Below are positions 46,501-57,588 of a stretch of 64,000 bases of DNA, piece by piece (the first letter of the stretch is position 1; the number at the start of each line of letters is the position of its first letter). Origin of the DNA: Monocercomonoides exilis PA203 (Eukaryota; Protista; Preaxostyla); assembly GCA_001643675.2 (NCBI GenBank), contig LSRY02000032.1, forward strand, positions 868,001 to 932,000, read 5' to 3'. Under the pieces are notes generated by a model. That model ran no database searches and was not told the origin of the DNA. It worked only from the letters and a program-made list of their open reading frames with translations. Position numbers and translations under genes: made by a program.

Positions 46501-49500
46501 CTGTTCAATGAAGAGCTCTTCACAGCCACATCTCGGAACACCACTTCTGCAGAGACTGCTGTCTCGGATTCTGCAATCACTTGACTGTAGATCGAAGGGA
46601 TCACATGCAGCACCCCATACGACAGCGAACGGCATGGCGAGAACACACTTCCACATGACTTCGCATCAGCAGCGCCAGAAGCAATTCCACTCACAAATAT
46701 CAGCTCGCTCTGATACATCACAACCATGGGGATGATGTCAACATCGTGTGATGGAAGTGCTGCATCCACGCCCCATATCGAGTTGTGTCTGTTGAATGGG
46801 GGCTCTCTGAAATCCAAAAGGAAGTGGCGCTCGCTGACCTGACTGGACAAGTTGTCGCACTGGATGAACATGTCGCGCCCGACAATAGCGTTGTTGCTCG
46901 AGAATGTCACATTCGAAATCACAAATGGCAGGAGCGAATGCTCTGCATCTGCCCCGTTAAGATACATCCCTCCTCCTTTCCCGACTGCTGTCTCGCACAA
47001 GCTCATGCTCGAATCGTTCACCTCCAGCGAGGAACCTTTGCCCAATCCAACAAACAATGCCCCGCCACAACTGCTCGAGTCTGCACAGCACATTAAAAAT
47101 GTCGAATTCTTAACTGTAACAGACACATCACTGTCTGAGGAATCAATCTTCGCTGTGCTTGCTGTGTTCCCTGTTTCTGTTGTCGAAAGAAATGAGCATG
47201 AATCAAACACAATGCTGTGTCCTTTCGCATCCTCGTTGCTTGGATGCTCTTGATAGAGCACTTCCACAAGCGAAACAGCTGATGCAATGTTTTCTATTTT
47301 GCAGTTCTTCAGAGCAAGATCCCCACCATTGAGAAGAACAAGATTGAATGAGATCGTGGTTGATGAAGAATTGGCGAGGGAGCATGCCTCGAGAGTCAGC
47401 ACAGATGTGGGAAATGGCAATGCAAACAAGGTGCTGTGCCCGTTTGCAAAGGCACCTGGAAGTGAGAATGCCACATCTTTCACAACCCCATCTCCAACCT
47501 CAACAATGCAATCTCTTGTTTTTGGAATGGCACCACTCACAGAAAGGACAGCTGTTTCTTCGCTGTTTGACTCAATCAGGAGGTGAACAAGATCGAATTC
47601 ATCTCCCACATTTCCCGCCTCCCCAATCTCAATCCTTCTTTCTTCGCCATCTGCCACTCGTGTGATCCCGTAGTCAACGCTTGTGCACTGGAACGAGCGT
47701 TTCCCACATCCAATGTGGTTCATCCCTTTTGTCGAGTTCACATAAATGACTCGGCTTCGATATCCCAGAACCAAATCAAACAGATCTTCATCCTGGGAAT
47801 GAAACCAAGATGAATCAGTGCCCACCAGAGAATTGCTTCTTTCAGACTCGGCAACTGCCGCAGCAAACGAAAAGGATGACGGATCAACAATCTCAAGCAA
47901 GTCCTTGCATGTGACAAACACATCACGGCCAGTGAATGCGCTGTTCTCTTTCAGGCTCATCATCCCCAGAGCAAAGTCTCCATGGCTTTCAGGGAAATGC
48001 ATCCAAAGAAAGCCTCCCTTCCCAACCCTTCTGTTTTCGCAGCTGCACTTTTGGCACACACTCGTTCCATTGATTGAAAAGCTCCCAGGCTCTTCAACCG
48101 AGATCCTCATCGCTCCTCCTTCAACACTTGTTGGTGATGAAATGCTCTCAAATGTGCATCCATCAAACAACAAGGGAATGGAGGCACCAGTCGAGATGAT
48201 CCCCGAGCAATCTGCTTCACAAACAGCTATTTCTCCGAATGCGCATGTTTTGAAAGTCAAAGACGGTGTGAGGTCACTGTTGCGAGCTAATGGGGAATTC
48301 TGAGGTTGCACAGATCCATCAACAGATAACAAGGGATTTGTGCCCAATTCTGAATTGCTCACATTGAGTGAGATGATCTCAGCATCAACAGACGGGGTGA
48401 TTGCAAACACCTTTCCCGAAAAGGATAACGATGAAAGTGTGATGTCTTCCATTCTGAGTTTTCCTTCAGAAACATCAAACAGCACATACGAGATGGGAGC
48501 TGATGTTTGGTTCACAAATTGGCAGCCATTGACTGTGAGTTCGCTTGCTGTTGAATGCGAATGAATCAGCGTGTTCTGTGAATGGACAAACGATGAAGGA
48601 ATCGAAAACGCAATCTTGTTCAACTTCAGCACTCCTGTTGTCGATATCACTTTTCCTGTCTGCCCTTCAAGTGATGAGTTAACAACAAGATTGCATTCTG
48701 AGTCGCTGCCTGACTTTATTGTGTGAGAGTTCAGAACAGTCTCCGAAGACAGCGTGGTTGACAAATGGATCGTGATTGTCAACTCTCCAATACCCGCAGC
48801 TTGCTGAATGGAATAATCCAGTGTTTTGCAGGGAACATCATTTCCACAGTATATGGCGTTTTCGCCTTCACTGCCACTTGTGCCGATTGTTGTTGATTGA
48901 AGCCCTGTGATGAAGATGAAGAGATCCACATCGTTTTCGAAAAAGTTTCCATCAACTCCACACAGCGAGTTCTCCCGTTTTTCAGACTCGATGTGAAATG
49001 CCCATGAAAATGTCTCATTGTTCACTTTTGTCCTGAGATCCTTCAATGAAGCATAAACATCCCTTCCCACTGATCCACTGTTGTCTGCAAATCCGAGGTT
49101 GATCAGACTGAGCGACACATCTTCGGCCATGCTGGAGATGCACAGCCCACCTCCAAATCCTCCTTTTCCATTGGCTCTTTGTGCAGAACACACAGAAAGG
49201 GATGTGGCGTTTGTTGAATCACCAATAACAAGACTTCCTCCCCTTTCCAGAACCACTTTCACTCCTCCTCCATTTCCTTCTTTTGCTGTGCAATTGTCAA
49301 ATGCACATTCACATATTTCAAGCTCACAACCAGATTCAATGGTTGCAGAAATACCTCCACCATCTCCTCCGTTTCGGACAATCTTCTCCAGTGTGCAGTT
49401 CGAGACTCTCATTGAGCACGATCCACAAAGCAAAATACACGATGCATCCAACAGCCAGAACGATGTGATGTGAGTGTTTTCGATAGTGGCCTCGCCTCCT

Positions 49501-51398
49501 TTCAGCATTGCCATCGAATTGGAGAATGCATTTGACTCAGAGTGTCCGCTCCCTGACGTGAGGGCGCAACCATCCACATGGAGTGACCCTGATCCTTCCA
49601 AATGAAACACCAATGAATCTGCAGTCGATTGTGCAGAATCGTGAATGATCTGAATCGAGCTTGTGCTCAAATGCCCATCCTCAACTGAAAATAGTGAAGT
49701 CGATGCGAGAGCAGTTGTTATTGTCAGCTCTCCACCTGTGCTCCCAACAATTTCTATTTTCTTGTTTGCCACATTGCAGCCATGCTCGACAATCCTCGGT
49801 GACTCAATCACCACTCTTGTGCTTTCTGCTTTTTGCGGATCAACCAACACAGGGATATAGCCCACTGTCCTGCACTTCCTTTCATTCTTTCCGCAAGCCT
49901 CGTTGTCATCTCCAGTCTCGCTGTTCACATACAATGTTCCAGAATAATAATATGGAATCCACTCACTCACATCACTTTCACCATGCATCACTCGATTCGA
50001 TCCCAATGTTTTTGATCGGCATTCAATCAGCATTGACTGGTCTGCATTCTCAACCCACTCCCCCATTACTGAAACATCTTTTCCTCCATTTCTGGCTGAG
50101 TTTTCTTCAAAGAAGCAAAACATCACAACCCCTGTATAATCGCCACCCCAATCTTTATCTCCCCAAAAGCAAATGCCTCCAGCTGTTAGACCAGAGCATT
50201 TTGTTAGACTGCAATCACTAATTGACACGTTGTGTCCATCTCCAATTAAAATGCCTCCTGTACTCAAAGGTATTCTATCTCCTTTTTCAGAACAATTATT
50301 CAAATAACAACATGAAATTGAAACGTTTTCAGGATACCTATTCAAGAACACACACCCACATTCTCCTCCATGTGAATCAGAAATGTTTGTATTTCGCATT
50401 TGCATGTTTTTCTGATAATCACTCATTAAAAACCCTCCAACAAGAGTGGCAACACATTTTTCACCAATTGTATTGTTGATGATTAATGCATAAAGTGCTG
50501 GTGCATTGTCGGTTCCTATGGCTCCTCCATTCAAAGAAGAATTGCATTCAAAGAACATGCATCTCTCAATTGTCATTGGATAGTTAATACGATGATAAAT
50601 GGCACCTCCATGATTTTCAGATTTGCAATTGAAATAAGTGTCAGAGAAAAACACAGGTTCTGTTCCATTTGTTGTAACTGTATTAACAACAGTTTTGCTG
50701 TAACTGCATTTTCGAAAAGATGTGTTGAACACTGCAAAACCTCCTGTTGAAAGCAATCCACTGACAATGCATCCATAATATGGTGTTGTCATATCCGAAA
50801 AATCACAGCTGTTAACAATCGCTTTTGTATTCGACAAGGAGACGGTTTTCACTCTTTTCTGTTGTGTGACATTGAAAAAGTGGCAATCCTCCAAAGACAC
50901 AAATGAAGTGCCACAATCATCCACAAAGGGGCATGTTGTTGAAATCACATGCGAACTGATTGCACTGCATTCCAAGACAGTTTTCCCTTCATTTTGGCTC
51001 TCAAATCCTGGAGCAGAGGAGACAATCGATGGAATTGAGCATCTGCGATCAAATGAAACGAAACTCAGATTCGATGCCCAAACAAAGCCATTCGACAAGA
51101 AAAGGGTGTGCTGTGGACAAGAATGCTTCATGCAAAAGCGGATATCGACCAACTTCGTTTTGGACTTTTCATCAACAACAAACACATGATCTTCTGAATG
51201 AACAGTCCAAAAATCAACATGAATCATCGCAGAAGAAGCATTGTGGAACAGAATGTGTGCATCAACTATTTGTGGTTTTGTGAAAGTGGTTAAACTTTCT
51301 GATTTCTTTTCATCACCAAAATCTCTCAAAAAACAATTGTTTATCTCATAACACCCAACAACTCCATAAAAACAACAAATACAAAACAACAATAACAT
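43506..51398 (-). CDS. Large beta-helix/TM/pseudokinase receptor-like protein (copy B, inverted paralog of 2031-9977)
   Basis: 2630-aa uninterrupted ORF, collinear and nearly identical to copy A except for one N-terminal patch, the juxtamembrane segment and the tail after GERP. Confidence 0.9.
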   Translation of the reverse strand: MLLLFCICCFYGVVGCYEINNCFLRDFGDEKKSESLTTFTKPQIVDAHILFHNASSAMIHVDFWTVHSEDHVFVVDEKSKTKLVDIRFCMKHSCPQHTLFLSNGFVWASNLSFVSFDRRCSIPSIVSSAPGFESQNEGKTVLECSAISSHVISTTCPFVDDCGTSFVSLEDCHFFNVTQQKRVKTVSLSNTKAIVNSCDFSDMTTPYYGCIVSGLLSTGGFAVFNTSFRKCSYSKTVVNTVTTNGTEPVFFSDTYFNCKSENHGGAIYHRINYPMTIERCMFFECNSSLNGGAIGTDNAPALYALIINNTIGEKCVATLVGGFLMSDYQKNMQMRNTNISDSHGGECGCVFLNRYPENVSISCCYLNNCSEKGDRIPLSTGGILIGDGHNVSISDCSLTKCSGLTAGGICFWGDKDWGGDYTGVVMFCFFEENSARNGGKDVSVMGEWVENADQSMLIECRSKTLGSNRVMHGESDVSEWIPYYYSGTLYVNSETGDDNEACGKNERKCRTVGYIPVLVDPQKAESTRVVIESPRIVEHGCNVANKKIEIVGSTGGELTITTALASTSLFSVEDGHLSTSSIQIIHDSAQSTADSLVFHLEGSGSLHVDGCALTSGSGHSESNAFSNSMAMLKGGEATIENTHITSFWLLDASCILLCGSCSMRVSNCTLEKIVRNGGDGGGISATIESGCELEICECAFDNCTAKEGNGGGVKVVLERGGSLVIGDSTNATSLSVCSAQRANGKGGFGGGLCISSMAEDVSLSLINLGFADNSGSVGRDVYASLKDLRTKVNNETFSWAFHIESEKRENSLCGVDGNFFENDVDLFIFITGLQSTTIGTSGSEGENAIYCGNDVPCKTLDYSIQQAAGIGELTITIHLSTTLSSETVLNSHTIKSGSDSECNLVVNSSLEGQTGKVISTTGVLKLNKIAFSIPSSFVHSQNTLIHSHSTASELTVNGCQFVNQTSAPISYVLFDVSEGKLRMEDITLSSLSFSGKVFAITPSVDAEIISLNVSNSELGTNPLLSVDGSVQPQNSPLARNSDLTPSLTFKTCAFGEIAVCEADCSGIISTGASIPLLFDGCTFESISSPTSVEGGAMRISVEEPGSFSINGTSVCQKCSCENRRVGKGGFLWMHFPESHGDFALGMMSLKENSAFTGRDVFVTCKDLLEIVDPSSFSFAAAVAESERSNSLVGTDSSWFHSQDEDLFDLVLGYRSRVIYVNSTKGMNHIGCGKRSFQCTSVDYGITRVADGEERRIEIGEAGNVGDEFDLVHLLIESNSEETAVLSVSGAIPKTRDCIVEVGDGVVKDVAFSLPGAFANGHSTLFALPFPTSVLTLEACSLANSSSTTISFNLVLLNGGDLALKNCKIENIASAVSLVEVLYQEHPSNEDAKGHSIVFDSCSFLSTTETGNTASTAKIDSSDSDVSVTVKNSTFLMCCADSSSCGGALFVGLGKGSSLEVNDSSMSLCETAVGKGGGMYLNGADAEHSLLPFVISNVTFSSNNAIVGRDMFIQCDNLSSQVSERHFLLDFREPPFNRHNSIWGVDAALPSHDVDIIPMVVMYQSELIFVSGIASGAADAKSCGSVFSPCRSLSYGVLHVIPSIYSQVIAESETAVSAEVVFRDVAVKSSSLNSHCRVLLGGTTASETKYSGLMECVGSVSFEKMDFLFSEEYASSHVSVFNIQNGATSIISCTFTGSSEEMALSQTLFVVSAGLLEVQKVVFDSLNIHSDILLLSPSASTHISQIQIKAVVSDSSLVVANQASATMIDVEIDKSSWGKGMITASSSNVSVSSLTCSSVEAETVIVSAHSSLSIEKIKLIKSTIKKHAILVESLHGQVIVKELFVENIKLCSGGVVCCTFQQNDMTEGNDGLCSIMQASFSNITCASRVESKAASVFDCFLSRYPIHLQNCSAVNCTSQPMKGAIASFNCCSNASFDSCVFDGSLSAKDEGWKRNEGTNEACMWNGSIVGLVNSSAFMKDTTIENSPFGGLSISGGKASIEKGEFVNNNPQIEKYPSARRNVFCSDSGALVVSSLKGGDGTKENSSLWMLSEGCNASGIVADRLSSFFIPSLDSVAFVKAGNEAVLTFVGRLLLPCNLSVSLTFARGVEQEVEKYQIDSDDEYVGEEEVRASIPLSRLENASGETEISVEILFGNVDSPSSTKSFFLKNKTEPNPKGDERIVEGGNKEGKSYWLLIVIVMGVILLIVLIVSIIFIVRWKKQKRRTEELEVIVNDTVKKDPKAFEMVTMEMSPEAQWRRAEKEAEKKDDERIKKRVYEKSLGHSESSEHLLSESGSTEYILGNDSNKIPQWMLEKVEEEEETRKRTPSPSISSTSTTSTTDSDSTFVRGEDLCPTTSSMSNLVDAMACSSPHEKLIVDLRDSLFMLLHGRNEKKEMVIGTLKEREMTGAQILFWVANLALHSFEDGEEGLSSLANLSPHIVLFSEHMVICIVMHSDFSSDDDSDSSSISSSTVMTSASDDDDDDSLPSSAFEEENDFKKECLRWKAPELLMNKKMGATKESVAFSIGMMLWECLTLQTPFGEYEAEIAGEKIKNGERPSMTKIEGCKFEGDVVSCISPFPERRPSILQLKREFFAMFPSNSTVPTMTDAIIDQEFSNKRRVKSSSKNTAIEI

Positions 51399-51696
51399 GA
51401 TACAAGTTAGGAAATATATCCTTTATATATCAAAACGACAAATGGAATCAGATTACTTGATATCCTTCAAATTGAGAATGAATAGATTGAAAAAATATTT
51501 ATTAAATGTCACTTGATCATAAGAATTAAAAAAAATATGTTTTTCAACACAGTTGTTCAATTTATAATTTTTTACATATGCGTATAAAATCATAATCAAT
51601 ATTGAAATGAAAATATGTCTTTCTTTTATCTTTTTTTTCTTTCTTCTTTCTTTCTTTTTTTTTTCACTTTTTGTTTGTCCAAACATATGAAATTGT

Positions 51697-51739
<43 letters not shown>

Positions 51740-51914
51740 ATAAAAAAAAATTTCATCATTTCTTTCCATCTATATTTTTTTCATTGGGTTTTTGGAAAAA
51801 TATTTTTGAGATAACCAGGCATTAATTGATGAATATCAACGAAAGCAATTAGATAATTTTCGTTGTTTCCCACAATTAACATTGTTTGGGTTGAATATTT
51901 ATTTTTTCTTTTCA

Positions 51915-54900
51915 ATGTCAATGGATAAGGAAGACAATCATCGTTCAGTAGATGAGCAAGTTAATCAAAATGATATAGAAGCTGCAGTTAGGGTATTTAG
52001 TGTGATGCCTGCTATTGTTTCTTCAATTTTGTGAATAAATGTTGAATTCATTTTACTTTTTCAGATTTTCTGGAGAAAAATCCAGCGCTCGTGCTTGACG
52101 AAAAATATCATCCTTTGCGCAAAACGGCTGGTCATGTTCTGCTTTCTGCTTTTGATGGGAAATATAAAATTAAAGAAAAAGGAAAAAACAAATTAACAAT
52201 AGAAAAAGAAAGGAAGAAAAACTTTGACAAATGCCTTTTGCGTTCACGAGGAATGGTTGAACAAAGACGCGAAGCTGCAACAAAAAAGGGATTTAAAACA
52301 CTTGATGAAAGTGTTCAAAGCCTTGGAGATAATGATGAACATTCAAAAGATCAAACAAGTATTGTTTCCCATTTGCATGGACTTGGCGCACAAGAATTGC
52401 CACCTGTTGCTATACCACCAAAAATTACAGCTCCTGTTTGATTTTTTATTTATGATTATACTTTTATAAAAGATTTTTAAAGGAAGGATTAGAAACAAAA
52501 ACAACTACATTCAAAGCTATTAAGTGTTATATCTGCGGAAACAAATTTCATAAAATTCATTTTTTTTACGATAGGTTATGTCCAATTTGTGCTGAACTCA
52601 ACTGGGAGAAGCGCCTTCAAGTTGCTGATATGAGAGGGAAAGTCGTCTTATGTACTGGTTCACGTGTTAAAATAGGACACCAATGCTGCTTAAGATTGCT
52701 CAAGTGTGGAGCATTTGTGATTGCAACAACCAGATTTCCAAACGATGCCGCTCTTCGTTTTATGGCCGATCCAGATTTTGAGCGCTTTCAATTTCGGCTC
52801 CATATTTATGGATTGGACTTCCGCGACATTCAAGCTGTTCAGCGTTTTTCGGACTTTATTACAGCGAAATATCCGCGTCTGGATGCAATTGTGAACAATG
52901 CAGCGCAGACTGTTAGACGGCCTCCTTTGTATTACTCACATCTGATGGACTGCGAGGAAAAAAGCCTCAGAGAGCTGCCGCTTCAGGCTCAGTGGCTGCG
53001 GATGTTCGATCCGCGCTTTGAAGGACAAAAGCCTTCTCAGAGCCCACCAATCTTTAAATGCAACGCACTTCCTGTATCTGCAATCCTGCAGGTCCATGCT
53101 ACAAAAGTAGCAGATTCTTCATCAAATACAGGTCATTCATCAAAAAGCTCTTCAACAGACTTTTGGAATCATTCGGTGATTTCTGTGGATGGATCGATAA
53201 TCCACGGAAACACTCATGTTTTGTATTCGTCTGTTGCCCCCGCAAGCGCGCCTACTGCTGATGAAGAATGTCAGTACAGAAAAGAATCAAGCGACGGATC
53301 GTGGAGCAATGAAGAGCAGAATGCAAAGGATAAAATGGAGGCTGACGCTTCTGCTTGCGCATCCGCTCCTTCCGCTTCAGATGAGAAATCAATGGTCAAA
53401 AAAGAGAAAGTTGCCGGTGGATGGATTGTGAAGAAAGGATGGAAGTATCTCATACCAGAATATCAAATCGTTGGCAATGCGCTCGTTCGTTATATTCCTG
53501 GAGAAGAATGTGCAATACAAGAAGAGCCAAACAATCAATCAGTTCAGTCAACAATGACAGCATCTTCCTCCACTTCTTCTTCTTCCTCTTCCTCTTCCTC
53601 TCAATCATCTTCTTCTGTCTCCTTGTTAGTTTCCTCTAACAACACCTCTGGAGTCATTGCTGTTCCATCATCAGCACCTTCCTCTCTTCCTCCTGAGCCA
53701 CATCAGTCTCTTCTCTTCCAGCAAGGGTCGATGAGAAAGCGCTCCAATTTTTTGGCCGAGACATCAACACAGTGGGGCGGGGAAATGATGCTCAGCCCAG
53801 ACGGAACAGAAATCTATCACAGGAAAGGCCTTCCGCAGAAGGAGTCGACAAATGTGCGAGAACGGCAAAAAATTGAGGAAGATGCTGATAACAGCGATGA
53901 AGATGATGCTGGGAATGAGAAAACTTTGGATGAAAAGCCTGAAAAAAGAAAAAGAGAAGTATTTGAAGAAATGAAAGTGGAAGATAATGAAAAAAATAAA
54001 CAAAATTCAAATGCGACAGATGGTGAACAAACGGCAAAGAATGAATCTAAACGTTTGATAAAACCAGAAAATATGATGGATACATCAAAAAGCAAAAAAA
54101 TAGAGAACGATTTGTCTTCTGTTCAAGATTTCTCGTCTAAAGTGATTGAGCTAATGAACCCAATCAAACCTTCCAAGCAGTTTATCTTCACAGGAGACGA
54201 TATTGATTTGCTTGTTGGACTTATACAGAGCAACGAAGAAAAGAATGCTGATGAAAATGAAGCAGATCAGAAGATGGAAGCGGACGATGTGATTGTAGAA
54301 GAGGAGAAGCCATGTGGAGTCAAGCAACAAACACAAATTTGCGAGCAGAAAGAAGGAGAAGATGATGTGCAAGTTGAGAAAGGAGGAATAGTCGACGAGT
54401 CAGCTGTTGATGAATATCACAAAACTGACAATGCTTCTCAGCCAATGGAATCAACAGAAGCCGCAAAATCACCAGCAACGAAGAAGACACCAGATTCTTC
54501 ATTTTCTGCATCAACAATGTCAACTGCCGAAGATAAATCTCTTCCATTTTTGCATCCGCTTGTCTCATCAAAGCCAATTCCTCAGTCATCTTTGGAGTCC
54601 ACTTCAATTGAACAAAAAGCCAAACAATCCTCTTCTTCTTCTTCCTTCCACAATGCCGAAGCAATTGTTGGACCTGACGGAGCAACAGTCGATTCAGCCA
54701 TGCTCTCACAGGTCGGTCTGCTTGCGGCGGACTTTTCAGCATCAGATGCCGAGTTTCCACATGGTGCTGTGGACTTGGACAACCAGCAGATCGACATGCG
54801 CAAGCACAACAGCTGGGTGGCGCGGCTGGACGAGGTGTCGTCGGTGGAGCTTGTGGAGGTACACTGCGTGAACACGTTCTCTCCGTACATCCTCTGCTCC

Positions 54901-55287
54901 AGGCTGGTTGCGAAGATGTCAGAAGACCAGCACTGCGATCACTACATTGTGAATGTGTCAGCGATGGAAGGGAAGTTTAACAGGAAGTATAAGTCGCCGT
55001 ATCATCCGCACACAAACATGGCAAAGGCTGCACTGAATATGCTGACGCGGACATCAGCAGGAGAGCTGGCAACAAAGCGAATCTACATGAACTCTGTGGA
55101 CACTGGGTGGATTACTGACGAAAAGCCACTCGAAGCCACCATCAAGGCTGCGTTGAAGGGATTCACCACGCCAATTGATGAGGTGGACGCAATGGCGCGC
55201 ATTTTGGATCCGATTTTCGTGGGGTATAACAAACATGTGAATCATTTTGGAAAGTTCTTCAAAGACTACAAGGCTTCTGAGTGGTGA
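51915..55287 (+). CDS. Short-chain dehydrogenase/reductase with an N-terminal Cys-rich motif and a very large low-complexity insertion; exons 51915-51999, 52065-52435, 52483-55287
   Basis: CYICGKQF..HFFYDRLCPIC, VVLCTGSRVKIG, IVNNAAQTVRRP, IVNVSAMEGKF, HPHTNMAKAALNMLT and MNSVDTGWITDE. Both introns preserve frame. Confidence 0.85.
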
Positions 55288-55601
55288 GAAAAGAGAACAA
55301 AAGAGTGTCTTTGCTAAATAAAAAAGCAATTTGAATCATGTGATGCATTTAAGCAAATGATGGCTTGATGGTCATATGAATTGATAGAATGCGTTTTATT
55401 TGCTTCCAAAGAGCACTCTTTCTCTTTCATTCTTTTATTTTTTTTAATTCTTTTTTTTTTTTAAAGTTCTTTTTTAAAAGTCTTTTTTATTTGAAAATCA
55501 TGAAATTTGATCACTTCATGGCACAAGCATTATAATTATAGCATACACATACACACACACTCGGTTAAAAAAATATAAACTTATTGAAAAAACGAAACAT
55601 G

Positions 55602-57488
55602 TTATTTTCTTATATTATGCGAAGATGACAGCATCTGCTCGAAAAATGCTTTGGGGTTTTTAGGCGGAGGAGGTGAAGGAGCCTCAGTTGCCAAGAGTGA
55701 GGCAAGGAACGTCTGCTCATCAGCAGGCACATCCTTCGAAAGAGGAGCTGGATATTCCATCATCCGCCCTTTCTTCCGAACGCCACTGTCGGTGAAAGCA
55801 CCGTTGCCTTCTAATGGCATCGAAAAAGCAGGCAGCGCACTTGGCAGTATTTCAGAGCGGAAAAGAGAGTTGGTCACAGAAAAAGCAGCCTTGTATGCTT
55901 CAGGTGAAATGAGTGATGTTGGAGGGGAGGATGGATCAGACGAACTTGTAGAATCAGATGAAGTGGAAGATGATGGCAAAGAGCCGGAATCAAAGATGCG
56001 TTGTTTTGAAATGACTGCATCTGGTGTGTCACATCCAAAGGGAAGAAATAAAGATTGCAAATCTCCGCTCTGAACAAGAAAAGTGACAAAAGATGCATCA
56101 AAAAAATATGTGATTTAATGAACAAATTAACAAATAAATGTTCAATTTGAATATTACATTAAATATCAAAGTTTCCAACCGCTCGTCTTGTCAGTTCAGA
56201 AATCTGCTCTGATCTTCTCAAGTTGTACATGGCCGAATGGCACAGTGCAATCATATGCAGCAAAATGCTGTTGTCTCTGTGCTCCGTCAGGCAAAGTGTA
56301 ACTGCAGCGCCTAATCGCAGCGCCCTCGCCCTCAGCCTTGGAAGAAATACGCTTTCTGCTTCTTCACGAAACACTGAAAGAGACATCTCTGATAAATGAA
56401 TAGAAAAAGGAATAAAAATTTACGAATTTCAAGAACAAAGGACAGGGGAAATAAACGAAAAGAAATAAGTGAAAATGTAATGTATTATTTAAAAAAGAAT
56501 TTGAAGAATAAACCTGATGAGGTTGAAAAATAGCTTGCGTAAGAAGAATTATCGATTACCAAAATAATAGGAAGCCCAACTTGGTCAGAAAGAGTTGGGG
56601 ACTTCAGAAAAGCTGATGTCTTTCCAGAAGATGTAAACGAAAAGGATGAACGAGGTGGCTGACCGTCTGGTTGAGAAAATGTTGTTTGCTCCTTTGTCAA
56701 ATAAGCTTGCTCCACCATTTGTCTTACTGAAAATGAGAAATGTGAATGGAAAAGAAAGTGGAAATTAAAAAGTAAACATCTGTTATGAAGCTGCATTTGA
56801 CATCCGTTTGACTTTTCTTCGACCATTTCGTTCAAAAAATCAATCCAATGTTGAATCTCTTCGTCCAGAAATAGTGGATTTTCGAGATCTGAACAGAAAT
56901 TTTGATGTTTTCAACAAAACGAAGCAAAACATCTCATACCCACAACAACGAGCACAATTAAATTGTTTAGGATATCCTCAGTTACATATTTTAAAAACAT
57001 CTGTAGATATTCATCAGAATCTTGCAAAATCCAAATTGTGAAAAGTTGGAGCGCTAAAAATTATTAAAGTGAGTTGCAATCGTGAAAAAATCATGAAAAA
57101 AAAATAGCAACACACAATTATCGTTATCAAGCGAAGGAATTAAACATTGTTTGCAATATATTCCGGTTCCAATAAAAAATGTCTTTCTCTGAAAATTACA
57201 AATTGAAGCGAAAACATTTTGTACATCATCAAAATTCTTTCCTTTTAATTTTGTTTCACAATTGTTGTTAAATGTTAAGCTGTTTATAAAATACAATTGG
57301 ATACCTAATATCAAAATATGTTTTTCGCTTTCCAGCTTTACAGATGGTAACGAAAGTTCTTTGAAAAATTCTTCCAATTTTGTACTTTCTGTTTTTTCAA
57401 AATTTGATAAATTGATGCCAGAATCCATCTGGCAAAAATTCCAGCTAGATTATTCCAACAATAAAAAAAGTTGGGGTGCTTCATCCAT
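55602..57488 (-). CDS. Multi-exon hypothetical protein
   Basis: Chain of coding-like minus-strand segments (57428-~57120, ~56730-56515, ~56390-56160, ~56070-55602) separated by AT-rich introns. Start uncertain. No domain recognised. Confidence 0.5.
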
Positions 57489-57588
57489 GCAAAATATTTA
57501 TTTTTCAAAATTTATTTAATTTATTTTATAATCATTTTCGAATTGAGAAATTGAAAATAATTTTTGAAGATAGTTCCATAACAAAATA

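Noticed and set aside
2005-51423. Giant transposon or Polinton with the two receptor genes as terminal inverted repeats
   Set aside because: The repeats are coding paralogs with ragged ends and no TSD. The interior holds ordinary host genes and no polB, integrase or capsid genes.
51698-51738. Poly(A) tail of a retrocopy (also runs near 13896, 25586 and 63946)
   Set aside because: The runs are not at the 3' end of any recognisable insert and lack TSDs. Homopolymers are common throughout this DNA.
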